DNA of 64,000 nt from a virus. This document shows positions 40,811 through 50,748 of this stretch, in pieces. The stretch's first letter is position 1. Each line of letters starts with the position of its first letter. The DNA is taken from positions 32,001 through 96,000 of IMG/VR virus record IMGVR_UViG_3300027747_002198, one strand, 5' to 3'. The position numbers and the translations under genes are program-made. The notes beneath the pieces are model-generated. The model made no database searches. It was given only the letters and a program-made list of their open reading frames with translations, and was not told where the DNA came from.

Positions 40811-41880
40811 TGAAAGTGGCTATTATCACCGACCAACATTTTGGTGCTAGGAATGATTCGATCCATTTTTTGGATTATTATGACAAATTCTATACGAATA
40901 CTTTCTTTCCTATTATCGATAGTAATAACATCGGTACTGTTCTCATACTTGGTGACACATTTGACCGAAGAAAATATATTAATTTCTATTCTTACAAAAG
41001 AGCAAGAGAAATGTTTTTTGATAAACTCGCTCAGCGGAATATCAAAGTCCACATGCTTGCCGGTAACCATGATACCTACTACAAAAATACCAACGAAGTA
41101 AATTCTCCAGAACTTCTATTACAAGAATATACCAATATTGAAGTAATCGATTCACCAAAAACAATTGAAGTATACGATACTAAAATTTGCATGATGCCTT
41201 GGATTTGTCCAGAAAATTATGAAGATAGTATGAGAGAACTGAAGGAGACCGATGCCGAAATTTGTATGGGTCATTTTGAAATTGCTGGTTTTGCCATGAT
41301 GCGTGGCATGCCATCACATGAAGGATTAGATCGTGAACTTTTCAAACAATTTGATATGGTCTTTAGTGGCCACTATCATCATCGTTCAGCTGACGCAAAC
41401 ATTCGTTATCTTGGTAACCCGTATGAGCTCACATGGCAGGACTATAATGATACTCGTGGTTTCCATTTATTTGACTTATCTACTCGTGATTTGGAGTTTA
41501 TTCAAAACCCTAATGTAATGTTTCATCGAATTGTTTATGATGACAAAAAAGAAACTATTACCGAGATTACCAATAAAGATTTAAACAAGTATACCAATAC
41601 TTATGTTAAAGTGGTTGTAATCAACAAAACTAATCCTTATCTGTTTGACCGGTTTATGGAAAATCTTTATAAGGTTAATCCAATCGATATTACCATTGCC
41701 GAGGACTTTACTGACTTGACAGAAGGTGTAGAAGATGATATAATTAATCAAGCAGAAGATACTTTAACCATCATTAACAAATATGTGGATGGTATTTCTG
41801 AAGATAACATTGATAACAATAAACTTAAAAACGTTCTCAAAGAATTATATGTTGAGGCATTGAATACAGAACAGGCATGA
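40807..41880 (+). CDS. gp47: Recombination nuclease gp47 (Mre11/SbcD-like)
   Basis: TDQHFG, LGDTFDRR, GNHD, SGHYH. Confidence 0.95.
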   Translation: MMKVAIITDQHFGARNDSIHFLDYYDKFYTNTFFPIIDSNNIGTVLILGDTFDRRKYINFYSYKRAREMFFDKLAQRNIKVHMLAGNHDTYYKNTNEVNSPELLLQEYTNIEVIDSPKTIEVYDTKICMMPWICPENYEDSMRELKETDAEICMGHFEIAGFAMMRGMPSHEGLDRELFKQFDMVFSGHYHHRSADANIRYLGNPYELTWQDYNDTRGFHLFDLSTRDLEFIQNPNVMFHRIVYDDKKETITEITNKDLNKYTNTYVKVVVINKTNPYLFDRFMENLYKVNPIDITIAEDFTDLTEGVEDDIINQAEDTLTIINKYVDGISEDNIDNNKLKNVLKELYVEALNTEQA

Positions 41881-43592
41881 TACATTTTCATACTTTACGG
41901 TGGAAAAATATTTTATCCACCGGCAATAGTTTTACCGAAATCAAATTAGATAAATCACCAAATACATTGATAGTTGGCCATAACGGGGCCGGCAAGTCCA
42001 CTATATTGGATGCTTTGTGTTTTGGTTTGTTTGGCAAACCATTTCGTAAAATTAATAAACCCAATTTACTAAACTCAATCAACAACCAAAATGGTGTAGT
42101 TGAGATTGAATTCTCTATTGGCAAAAAAGAATATAAAATCATTCGTGGTATTAAACCTAATGTATTTGAAATTTATCTTAATGGTGTTCTACTAAATCAA
42201 GATGCCGCTTCTAAAGATTATCAAGAGATATTAGAGAAATCAATTCTCAAATTAAACTTTAAATCATTTACTCAAGTTGTTATTCTTGGTTCAGCATCAT
42301 TTGTTCCTTTCATGCAATTATCTCCTGCTGATCGTAGATTGATTATTGAAGATTTACTAGACATTGGTATCTTTTCATCAATGAACGGATTAGTTAAAGA
42401 GAAAGTATCTACAATCAAAGATGCCAACCAAAAAATTAAGTATGAAATGGACTTAACAGCAGAAAAGATTAAACTTCAAAAAGAATCTATTGAAGAACAT
42501 AAGAATCGTAATGATGAAGAAATTACCAAAAAGAAATCTGAAATTGCTACCAGTATAGACCAGAACTTTAAATTACAAAAAGACATTGAGTTGATTCAAA
42601 AACACATTGATGTTCTTCAGAAAAAAATTCAAGATAAACTTTCTGTAGAAAAGAAAAGTAAGAAGTTATTGCAATTAGAATCCAAGATTGAAACCAACAT
42701 TAAGAAAAACGAAAAGGACATTGCTTTCTATGAAGAACACGACAATTGCCCAACCTGTAAACAAATCATTGACGGAGAATTCAAATCAGAACAAGTTGCC
42801 GAAAGAAAATCAAAAGTCAATACTCAACGGGAAGGCCTTACGGAAATCTCCGCGGAGATTACTAAAGCAAACCAGCGAATAGAAGAAATTAATGGAATCA
42901 TCAAACACATCACCAGTCATAACAACGAAATTGTTAAACACACTTCAACCATATCAGCGGTACATGCTTTCATTAATAAACTCCAAAGAGAAGTTGAAGC
43001 TTTGTCTGCCCACAAGGACACACTTGAGGAAGACAATGCTAAACTCCGAGAACTTAGAGAAGAACTTGGAACTTTGGTTAAAAAACAAGAAGAACTAGCA
43101 ACAGAAAAACAATACTACGATTACGCATCTACATTATTAAAAGATACTGGCATTAAAACAAGAATCATAAAACAATACTTGCCTATCATGAATAAGTTGA
43201 TTAATAAGTATTTGACTGCCATGGATTTCTTTGTAAACTTCAATATCAATGAATCGTTTGAGGAAACTATTAAATCTAGGCACCGTGATGAGTTTTCGTA
43301 TGCCAATTTCTCCGAAGGTGAGAAGATGCGTATTGATTTGGCATTGTTATTCACATGGCGTCAGATTGCTAAATTAAAGAATAGTACCAATACCAATCTA
43401 TTAATCCTCGATGAAGTATTTGATTCTAGTTTAGATACAGTTGGTACTGATGAGTTTTTGAAATTGATCTATGAAATGGGTAAAGAAACCAATGTGTTTG
43501 TGATCTCACACAAAGGTGATGTATTATATGATAAATTCCGGAGCATGATCCGGTTTGAAAAGAAAAATAATTTTAGTCAGGTGGCAAAATGA
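41877..43592 (+). CDS. gp46: Recombination ATPase gp46 (Rad50/SbcC-like)
   Basis: GHNGAGKST, CPTC hook, FSEGEK, LDEVFD. Confidence 0.95.
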   Translation: MIHFHTLRWKNILSTGNSFTEIKLDKSPNTLIVGHNGAGKSTILDALCFGLFGKPFRKINKPNLLNSINNQNGVVEIEFSIGKKEYKIIRGIKPNVFEIYLNGVLLNQDAASKDYQEILEKSILKLNFKSFTQVVILGSASFVPFMQLSPADRRLIIEDLLDIGIFSSMNGLVKEKVSTIKDANQKIKYEMDLTAEKIKLQKESIEEHKNRNDEEITKKKSEIATSIDQNFKLQKDIELIQKHIDVLQKKIQDKLSVEKKSKKLLQLESKIETNIKKNEKDIAFYEEHDNCPTCKQIIDGEFKSEQVAERKSKVNTQREGLTEISAEITKANQRIEEINGIIKHITSHNNEIVKHTSTISAVHAFINKLQREVEALSAHKDTLEEDNAKLRELREELGTLVKKQEELATEKQYYDYASTLLKDTGIKTRIIKQYLPIMNKLINKYLTAMDFFVNFNINESFEETIKSRHRDEFSYANFSEGEKMRIDLALLFTWRQIAKLKNSTNTNLLILDEVFDSSLDTVGTDEFLKLIYEMGKETNVFVISHKGDVLYDKFRSMIRFEKKNNFSQVAK

Positions 43593-44140
43593 GTGTATTG
43601 AATGAATATACAAAAGAAAAACATCGTGAAGTAGAATCACATCCATTTGTGCAACATCTATTGACTGGAGAAATTACTCCAGAACATTATGCTTTATTTC
43701 TACAACAGATGTCTATTGTATATTCAAATATTGAATATTTTGCTGAAATATCGCTTTTGTTACAAGATTTGCCTGGTATTAAAAGATCAGATAATATTTC
43801 TGCTGATATAATGGAATTAAATTATAGCGTTGAAAATTCAAAATTTGGATTGCCGGCCACAGAAAAATATAGACAACACATTGTTGATTTATATTATGGT
43901 AATAAAAAGTCATTAATACTTGCTCATGTGTATGTGCGTCACATGGGAGATTTATATGGCGGTAAAGTAATTGCCAAACGAGTTCCTGGTTCAGGTAAAA
44001 TGTACCAGTTTGAAGATAGACCAGGTTTAATCAAAGCATTAAATGCAAAATTATCTATCGATATTGTTGATGAGGCGTTATTAGGATTTGATTTGTCGGC
44101 AGCAATATTTGATGAAATATGGGAGAAAATAAATGAGTGA
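43589..44140 (+). CDS. Heme oxygenase
   Basis: TKEKHREVE proximal His, AHVYVRHMGDLYGG signature. Confidence 0.85.
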   Translation: MSVLNEYTKEKHREVESHPFVQHLLTGEITPEHYALFLQQMSIVYSNIEYFAEISLLLQDLPGIKRSDNISADIMELNYSVENSKFGLPATEKYRQHIVDLYYGNKKSLILAHVYVRHMGDLYGGKVIAKRVPGSGKMYQFEDRPGLIKALNAKLSIDIVDEALLGFDLSAAIFDEIWEKINE

Positions 44141-44747
44141 TGTGTTTAAATTTAATACGGAAGATTCTTTAAAAATAGAAACGGCACCGGCACCAAAAGT
44201 CACGGTTCCTATTTTTAATTTGGTATCAGAAAATGATCCAATCTTAAAAGAAGTGATGCCTGAATTTGATTTTGAGAATCCACCAACCGATCCAAATCAA
44301 TTAGCATCTTCATTGGTTGAAACTTGCATTAAACACAATGGTTATGGTTTATCGGCAAATCAATGTGGTTTAAAATATAGAGTATTTGTAATGGGCGCCG
44401 TCAATGATTATGTGGCATTTTTTAATCCAAAGGTTGTGGCAATGTATGATGAAACGCATATGGTGGAAGGTTGTCTTTCTTTCCCAATGTTGGCATTAGG
44501 TATTACTAGACCGGCAGCTATTGATGTTGAATACCAAGATTATACTGGTGCCTTTAAATCGGCACATTATAGTGGCATAAGTGCAAGGTGTTTCTTGCAT
44601 GAATTGGATCATATGAATGGAATAGTGTATACTAGTCGTGCTAAGCCAATGGCATTACAATCCGGCATGAAGAAACGTGGCAAAATTAATAAATTAATTC
44701 AAAAATCACACAAAAGTATTAATAAACTTGAGGCAATATTAAAATAA
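44133..44747 (+). CDS. def: Peptide deformylase
   Basis: GYGLSANQ, EGCLS, HELDH motifs. Confidence 0.92.
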   Translation: MSDVFKFNTEDSLKIETAPAPKVTVPIFNLVSENDPILKEVMPEFDFENPPTDPNQLASSLVETCIKHNGYGLSANQCGLKYRVFVMGAVNDYVAFFNPKVVAMYDETHMVEGCLSFPMLALGITRPAAIDVEYQDYTGAFKSAHYSGISARCFLHELDHMNGIVYTSRAKPMALQSGMKKRGKINKLIQKSHKSINKLEAILK

Positions 44748-46072
44748 TGGCTACACCAATTGAATATGTAGAAGAACAATGGCAAAAATGGCAGGAAAAT
44801 AATCCTGTCGATAAGTTTGAACACATCGATGAAGAATCAATGAAAGAAATCCTAATTAAGGATTTGACATACGCTTCTCAAATGGATGTTCGTGAATATA
44901 CCTTATATCAAAAATGGTGTGAGATAAAAGAAAAATATCCTTGTATTGAAAAACAAACACTTTTTGGTATTGAGTATGAACCCAATCAGGAAGATAAAAA
45001 ACGCATTGAAAAAATTAAAAATAACATTTGGATTCCAAAAAGTCCTGATGACTATTTAAATCTTAAACCAACATTAGTTTATACTGACGATTCTAAAATA
45101 GAAAAAGAAGTTAATGCTTTAGGATATGAAATTGAAAACAAAACTAAAAGAAGTGACTTGGCTGAAGAATGGAACACTATTCGTGATTTTATTTCCACAA
45201 TGAAAAACAACTCAAACATCGGCCGTAATTTAAATTTTATTGTTAAAGATGAAGTTACCGGTAAGTATCTTGGTGTAATTTGTATTAGCTCCGATTTTTT
45301 AGATTTAACTCCTAGAGATAAAACAATTGGTTGGTCCCGTGACGTTAAAACACAACAAGGCATGATTAACCATACGGCAATTGGTTCGACCATTGTTCCG
45401 TTTCAACCACTAGGATTTAATTACATGGGTGGCAAACTGTTGGCCCTATTGTGTTTATCTGATGATATTCAAAAATTATGGAAAGAAAAATATGATGATG
45501 TTCTTGTTGGTGTAACGACTACAAGTTTATATGGCAATACTAAATCCAACGGACTTAGCCAATATGATAACCTTGAACATTGGAACAAAATGGGATTCTC
45601 CTCAGGTTCAGTTGCATTTGAACCATCAAGATCAACCAAAAGATTAGTGTTTGATTGGATAAAAGAAAACCACACTCGTAAATATTTTGAATGGTGGGAC
45701 GCAAAAAACAAACAAGGCCTTCCACTTAAACGTGACCACAAAAATCGTTCTTTGAATTTTGCCTATTCTAAACTTGCAATACCTAAAGATAAAATTCGTA
45801 CCGAACATCAACGTGGCATTTATTTCTCTCCTTTGTATAATAATACAAATGAATTTCTCTGTAAACAGATTACAGAAGATAAACTGGTAAAATCATTTGA
45901 TACCAGTAATGAAGCATTATCCAATATATGGAAAGAAAAATATGCCAAAGGCCGTATTCGGCAATTACAAAAAAAGAATACGGTATCCTACGAAACTCTT
46001 TTCTATGACGATTTGATCTATCTGTCATGGGAAGATACCAAAGCGAAATATTTACCACAAGTTGGTCGATAA
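44747..46072 (+). CDS. DUF4338/DruA-like domain protein
   Basis: GR.L.F.V.D..TGKYLGVI, RD..IGW, PLGFNY.GGKLLAL, TTSLYG..SQY motifs. Confidence 0.65.
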   Translation: MATPIEYVEEQWQKWQENNPVDKFEHIDEESMKEILIKDLTYASQMDVREYTLYQKWCEIKEKYPCIEKQTLFGIEYEPNQEDKKRIEKIKNNIWIPKSPDDYLNLKPTLVYTDDSKIEKEVNALGYEIENKTKRSDLAEEWNTIRDFISTMKNNSNIGRNLNFIVKDEVTGKYLGVICISSDFLDLTPRDKTIGWSRDVKTQQGMINHTAIGSTIVPFQPLGFNYMGGKLLALLCLSDDIQKLWKEKYDDVLVGVTTTSLYGNTKSNGLSQYDNLEHWNKMGFSSGSVAFEPSRSTKRLVFDWIKENHTRKYFEWWDAKNKQGLPLKRDHKNRSLNFAYSKLAIPKDKIRTEHQRGIYFSPLYNNTNEFLCKQITEDKLVKSFDTSNEALSNIWKEKYAKGRIRQLQKKNTVSYETLFYDDLIYLSWEDTKAKYLPQVGR

Positions 46073-46076
46073 ACGC

Positions 46077-46106
46077 TTGACAATACACATATATAAATGA
46101 TATACT
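46077..46106 (+). promoter_or_regulatory. Sigma70-type early promoter
   Basis: TTGACA-18-TATACT with TGn extension. Confidence 0.7.
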
Positions 46107-46157
46107 GTGTGAACTTGCTAAAGCAAGGATTTTTTAACTTTACTATGGAGTATTACT

Positions 46158-46427
46158 ATGAGCAAGAATTTATCTGCTAAAGAAAAGATGTTGGCTGCTT
46201 TACAAAAGCAAGAAGGTTACAACACTTTTACTGTCAAACAAGCACAACGCCGTTTCGGCATTACCAATGTTACAGCACGCATTGACGAACTCCGTCAAGA
46301 AGGTCATGTAATTTACACCAACAAGAAAATTGTTGATGGTAAGAAAGTTGCTTTCTACCGTATGGGTAAGCCAACCAAAGCTTTGGTTAAGGCAGCACTC
46401 AAGTCTGGTTATTCACTAGCTGCTTAA
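46158..46427 (+). CDS. Small winged-helix DNA-binding protein
   Basis: Basic 89 aa; FGITNVTARIDELRQEGH.I motif. Confidence 0.65.
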   Translation: MSKNLSAKEKMLAALQKQEGYNTFTVKQAQRRFGITNVTARIDELRQEGHVIYTNKKIVDGKKVAFYRMGKPTKALVKAALKSGYSLAA

Positions 46428-46432
46428 GTTGT

Positions 46433-46458
46433 AAGAGGGGATAATACCCCTCTTTTTT
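46433..46458 (+). terminator. Intrinsic terminator
   Basis: AAGAGGGG-ATAATA-CCCCTCTT followed by T run. Confidence 0.85.
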
Positions 46459-46476
46459 ATTATTTTTGGAGAACAA

Positions 46477-47295
46477 ATGGAAATTTCAATTAAAAAAGAA
46501 GAACTACAAAAGAAAAGTTTGTTTGTAGCTACACCAATGTATGGTGGCATGAATCATGGACTATACATGAAAGCATGTTTAGATTTACAAGGCCTTTGCA
46601 TGCAGTATGGTATTCAGGTGAAATTTTCATTTCTTTTCAACGAATCATTAATCACTCGTGCTCGTAATTATTTGGTTGATGAGTTTATTCACCGTTCAGA
46701 TTGTACTCACCTATTGTTTATCGATTCTGATATTCATTTTAACCCACAAGATGTGGTTGCTTGTTTAGCATTAGACAAAGATGTTATTGGTGGTCCTTAT
46801 CCTAAGAAGGCAATCAAATGGCGTTCAGTAAAACGTGCCGTTGAAAAGAATCCTGATATTGATCCAGGTATGTTGGAAAAAGTTACTGGTGATTATGTTT
46901 TCAATCCAGTTAAAGGCACCGCACAATTCTCAGTAACAGAACCACTTGATGTATTAGAAATTGGTACTGGTTTCATGATGGTCAAACGTGAAGTATTTGC
47001 AAAGATGGAAGAAGCATATCCTTCTATTCGTTATAAACCAGACCATGTAGGTCAAGCACACTTTGACGGTTCTCGTTATATCCACGCTTTCTTTGATACA
47101 GTTATTGATACAAAAGAATCGATTACTGGTGGCGGCTCGGATCGTTACCTATCAGAAGATTATATGTTCTGTCAGATGTGGCGTAAAATCGGTGGTCAAA
47201 TCTTCTTGTGTCCTTGGATGAAAACATCACACATTGGTACATATCACTTCCAAGGAGATATGCCAGCTGTGGCTAATTTTGTTGGAGAAATGTAA
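46477..47295 (+). CDS. GT-A fold glycosyltransferase-like protein
   Basis: VATPMYGG, ESLITRARN, LFIDSDI (DxD), GTGFM, LSEDY.FC, HIG. Confidence 0.8.
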   Translation: MEISIKKEELQKKSLFVATPMYGGMNHGLYMKACLDLQGLCMQYGIQVKFSFLFNESLITRARNYLVDEFIHRSDCTHLLFIDSDIHFNPQDVVACLALDKDVIGGPYPKKAIKWRSVKRAVEKNPDIDPGMLEKVTGDYVFNPVKGTAQFSVTEPLDVLEIGTGFMMVKREVFAKMEEAYPSIRYKPDHVGQAHFDGSRYIHAFFDTVIDTKESITGGGSDRYLSEDYMFCQMWRKIGGQIFLCPWMKTSHIGTYHFQGDMPAVANFVGEM

Positions 47296-47783
47296 TGTCG
47301 TATCAAGATATTAAACCTGGTGATGTTTTTAAAAAAGTAGAACCTAATCACAAGTATAATTATTTTAGTGATGATACGGCTCTATTAGTTAAAGAAGCTC
47401 CTTATCATCCAGGTTATGAAAGTGCATCTTCACAAGATATAATTAAATCATCACAAACTGCCACAACAGGCGGCCGTAAATTTGATGGAGGCAAGTTACA
47501 ATATGGTTTGCTTCCACCAAACGCATTAAAGGCAACAGTAGAGATTTTAACTTTTGGTGCAGAGAAGTATGAGCCAGATAATTGGAAATGGGTACCCGAT
47601 TCTAAGCGTAGATATTTTGATGCCATGCAACGGCATATGTGGGCTTGGAAATCTGGTGAACAAAATGACCAAGAAACTGGTAAGAATCACTTAGCACACG
47701 CAATGTGCTGCTTGATGTTTTTGTATGAACATGATACAATTGATTTTTTAAATAATGGAGAAGCAAATGAAGTTGTCAAATGA
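47295..47783 (+). CDS. DUF5664-like dATP/dGTP diphosphohydrolase domain protein
   Basis: GRKFDGGK, VEILTFGAEKY..DNW, AMQRH, ETG.NHLAHAMC. Confidence 0.75.
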   Translation: MSYQDIKPGDVFKKVEPNHKYNYFSDDTALLVKEAPYHPGYESASSQDIIKSSQTATTGGRKFDGGKLQYGLLPPNALKATVEILTFGAEKYEPDNWKWVPDSKRRYFDAMQRHMWAWKSGEQNDQETGKNHLAHAMCCLMFLYEHDTIDFLNNGEANEVVK

Positions 47784-48447
47784 AACACTATCCGTATTAC
47801 AAAACTTTGCCAAATTAAATTCAGGTATTGAATTTAAACAAGGTAGTAATATTAAAACTATCTCAACTGGTAAAACAGTTCTTGCCAAGGCAACACTAAA
47901 AGATTCTTTTCCACAAGACTTTTGTGTATATGATTTGAATCAATTTTTGGTTGTTTATAATCTTAGCAAAGATACTGAAATTGATTTTGATGATAAGAAT
48001 GTTATTTTCAAATCAGGAAAAGATGGTCGTAGTAAAACCAAATATCGTAAATCACAACGTGATGTTATTGTTGTTCCACCAGAAAAAGAATTAACTTTAC
48101 CTTCTGTTGATGTGGCCTTTACCTTATCACAAGAAGATTACGAAAGTATCTTAAAAACGGCAAGTACATTACAATCACCACACATTGTAGTTGAATCTGA
48201 TGGCGACAAAGTTTATTTGTCTGCTGGTGATGCCACAAATGATGCCGCTCACGTTAGTTCCATTGAAGTTGCTGAAGGTAATGGTAAGAAGTATAAGATG
48301 GTTTTTATTACAGAAAATTTACGAATGATTACAGGCAGTTATGATGTAGAAATTTCGTTTAAGGGTCTTGCTTATTTTAAAAATAAGAATCAAGATATTC
48401 AATATTGGGTTGCAACAGAATCCAAATACTCAAAATCAGGAGAATAA
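47767..48447 (+). CDS. gp45: Sliding clamp gp45 (start likely ATG 47767)
   Basis: MKLSNETLSVLQNF..NSGI, F.VYDLNQFL, YWVATE. Confidence 0.92.
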   Translation: MKLSNETLSVLQNFAKLNSGIEFKQGSNIKTISTGKTVLAKATLKDSFPQDFCVYDLNQFLVVYNLSKDTEIDFDDKNVIFKSGKDGRSKTKYRKSQRDVIVVPPEKELTLPSVDVAFTLSQEDYESILKTASTLQSPHIVVESDGDKVYLSAGDATNDAAHVSSIEVAEGNGKKYKMVFITENLRMITGSYDVEISFKGLAYFKNKNQDIQYWVATESKYSKSGE

Positions 48448-48448
48448 G

Positions 48449-48640
48449 ATGTTAGTATATTTTACAGACGCAGTTACAGAACAACAGATTGCAGTTAATC
48501 CAACCTATGTTACAGCAGTTTTTGTTGCTACTGAGGGTGAGATGAAAGGTAAAACGGTTATTGGTTTAATCAATGGGTCAGTTGTAGTTAAAGAAAGTCA
48601 AATTGATGTAGTTGGTGTAATTCAAGGTCAATTAAAATAA
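48449..48640 (+). CDS. Small protein, FlbD-like pattern (start likely ATG 48449)
   Basis: GGAG SD; IAVNP..V...TVIGL.NG.VVVKES pattern. Confidence 0.45.
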   Translation: MLVYFTDAVTEQQIAVNPTYVTAVFVATEGEMKGKTVIGLINGSVVVKESQIDVVGVIQGQLK

Positions 48641-48918
48641 TGAGTTTAACTATTCAGACCATTTATGGCACCCTTGATGAGAAAAAACTCAAGGAACTCA
48701 AAGGTGCTATTGAAGAAGTAAATAATTATATGAATGAGATTGAGCATCGCCAAAAACTCATTAAAGAAATTATTGAACTTGCCGCAGATAATTCTAGTAT
48801 TCCCAAAAAGATTGTTAGTCGCATGGCTAAAGTTTATCACAAACAATCCTTTCAAGAAGAAGTTGCGGCACACAAAGAATTTGAATCTTTGTTTGAAGGT
48901 ATTACAGAAGTAAAATAA
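48640..48918 (+). CDS. Putative T4 DsbA-like dsDNA-binding protein
   Basis: Helical 92 aa, KK.VSRMAKVYHKQ.F.EE....EFESL motif. Confidence 0.6.
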   Translation: MSLTIQTIYGTLDEKKLKELKGAIEEVNNYMNEIEHRQKLIKEIIELAADNSSIPKKIVSRMAKVYHKQSFQEEVAAHKEFESLFEGITEVK

Positions 48919-48945
48919 TGTTGTTTTATATTATGGGAGTTGTGA

Positions 48946-49878
48946 ATGAATCATATGCTATGGGTCGAAAAATATCGACCAGCCAAAGTGGAAGATTGCA
49001 TCTTACCGGATGCAATCAAATCCACATTTCAAGAGTATGTCAATAGAAAAGAAATACCGAATTTATTATTATCTGGTACTGCCGGCGTTGGCAAAACTAC
49101 AATCGCAAAAGCTCTCTGTGAGGAAGTTGGTTGCGACTATATTGTTATCAATGGTTCTGATGAGTCTGGTATTGATGTTCTTCGTAATAAAATCAAAAAC
49201 TACGCTTCAGCGGTTTCTCTCATGGGCGGCCGCAAGGTCATCATCATAGATGAAGCAGATTATCTAAATCCTAATTCGACACAACCAGCATTGCGTGGTG
49301 CAATTGAGGAGTTTTCTGGTAACTGTTCTTTCATCTTCACTTGTAACTTCAAAAATCGTATCATCGATCCAATCCATTCTCGGTGTTCTGTCATTGACTT
49401 TAAAATCAATGGTAGTAAACCAAAGATGGCTGCACAATTTTTTAAACGTGTGGAATGGATACTTGAACAAGAGAAAATAACCTATGATAAATCTGTCGTT
49501 GCCGCAGTCATTACGAAACACTTTCCGGACAATCGCCGTGTTCTTAATGAACTTCAGCGATATTCTGTTTCAGGTACAATTGATAAAGGTATACTTTCTA
49601 ATGTTGCTGATATACAACTTGATGATTTATTTAAAGCCTTAAAATCAAAAGATTTTGCATCTACTCGTAAATGGGTAACCTCTAATCTCGATAACGATCC
49701 TGTTAAAATCTATCGTAAACTTTATGATGGTTTGTATGATGTATTGACACCAAATTCTGTACCACAATTGGTTCTTATTTTGGCCAAATATCAATATCAA
49801 GCTGCTTTTGTGGCAGACCATGAAATTAATATGGTTGCTTGTTTAACTGAAATTATGGTAGACTGCGAGTTTAAGTGA
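48946..49878 (+). CDS. gp44: Clamp loader large subunit gp44
   Basis: LWVEKYRP, GTAGVGKTT, IIDEAD, HSRC. Confidence 0.95.
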   Translation: MNHMLWVEKYRPAKVEDCILPDAIKSTFQEYVNRKEIPNLLLSGTAGVGKTTIAKALCEEVGCDYIVINGSDESGIDVLRNKIKNYASAVSLMGGRKVIIIDEADYLNPNSTQPALRGAIEEFSGNCSFIFTCNFKNRIIDPIHSRCSVIDFKINGSKPKMAAQFFKRVEWILEQEKITYDKSVVAAVITKHFPDNRRVLNELQRYSVSGTIDKGILSNVADIQLDDLFKALKSKDFASTRKWVTSNLDNDPVKIYRKLYDGLYDVLTPNSVPQLVLILAKYQYQAAFVADHEINMVACLTEIMVDCEFK

Positions 49879-50261
49879 TGCCTGATCTATTCAAAGAGAT
49901 CCTGCCGTCAATCCTTGAAACCAAAAAATCTGTATTCCGTGATGAACTAGATTACAAGGATTACAAGCCTTTTATCGTCAACCGAGCCTTGTCCTATCAC
50001 ATGGATTGTGTTCTTTATGTTAATGAATTGAATAAGAACCCATCCATTGATTCGGACATGCAATATTCGTATCTTCTAAATAGTATTAGACCTATGAAAC
50101 GGAAATTTCAACCGTGGCAGAAATCAGAGGTCGATAAGAACCTAGATTGCGTCAAAGAGTTTTTTGGCTATTCAAACGAGAAAGCCAAAGAAGCACTTCG
50201 TATTCTAAATGATGAACAAATCGCTGAAATAAAAAGAAGAACAGATAAAGGCGGAAGATGA
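49875..50261 (+). CDS. gp62: Clamp loader small subunit gp62
   Basis: PFIVNRALS, KRKF..W.K, FGYSNEKA..AL.IL. Confidence 0.9.
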   Translation: MMPDLFKEILPSILETKKSVFRDELDYKDYKPFIVNRALSYHMDCVLYVNELNKNPSIDSDMQYSYLLNSIRPMKRKFQPWQKSEVDKNLDCVKEFFGYSNEKAKEALRILNDEQIAEIKRRTDKGGR

Positions 50262-50665
50262 TTAATATTACAGATTTGGTTGAGGTGACACTAGAACAAC
50301 AGGATGATTTCCTCAAGGTTCGGGAAACTCTTACCCGTATCGGTGTTGCATCCAAAAAAGATAAAACTTTATTTCAATCTTGCCACATTTTACATAAGCA
50401 AGGTCGTTATTATATCGTACACTTTAAAGAGTTATTTGCTTTAGATGGTAAACCTACAGACCTTACCGAAAACGACCTTTCTCGTAGAAATGCCATTGCT
50501 AATCTTTTGCAAGATTGGGGTTTGGTAAAATTGGTTAATCCCCACTCCACCAAAATACCAGAACCTATTTTCTTATCTCAAGTTAAGATACTATCCCACA
50601 AAGAAAAACACGATTGGCAATTAGTACCAAAATATAACATTGGTAATAAAGCAAGAAAAGATTGA
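50258..50665 (+). CDS. regA: Translational repressor RegA
   Basis: DDFLKVRETLTRIGVAS, QSCHILHKQG.YYIVHFKELF. Confidence 0.96.
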   Translation: MINITDLVEVTLEQQDDFLKVRETLTRIGVASKKDKTLFQSCHILHKQGRYYIVHFKELFALDGKPTDLTENDLSRRNAIANLLQDWGLVKLVNPHSTKIPEPIFLSQVKILSHKEKHDWQLVPKYNIGNKARKD

Positions 50666-50692
50666 CAACCAGTTAGGTTTATGTTATAAATA
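50662..50692 (+). promoter_or_regulatory. Overlapping sigma70 (TTGACA-17-TATAAA) and late (TATAAATA) promoter
   Basis: TTGACA 50662-67, TATAAATA 50685-92. Confidence 0.7.
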
Positions 50693-50748
50693 TACTTGTG
50701 ATATGCTTTATTATCACATTTTAAACACACACACACAAAGGAAATAAA

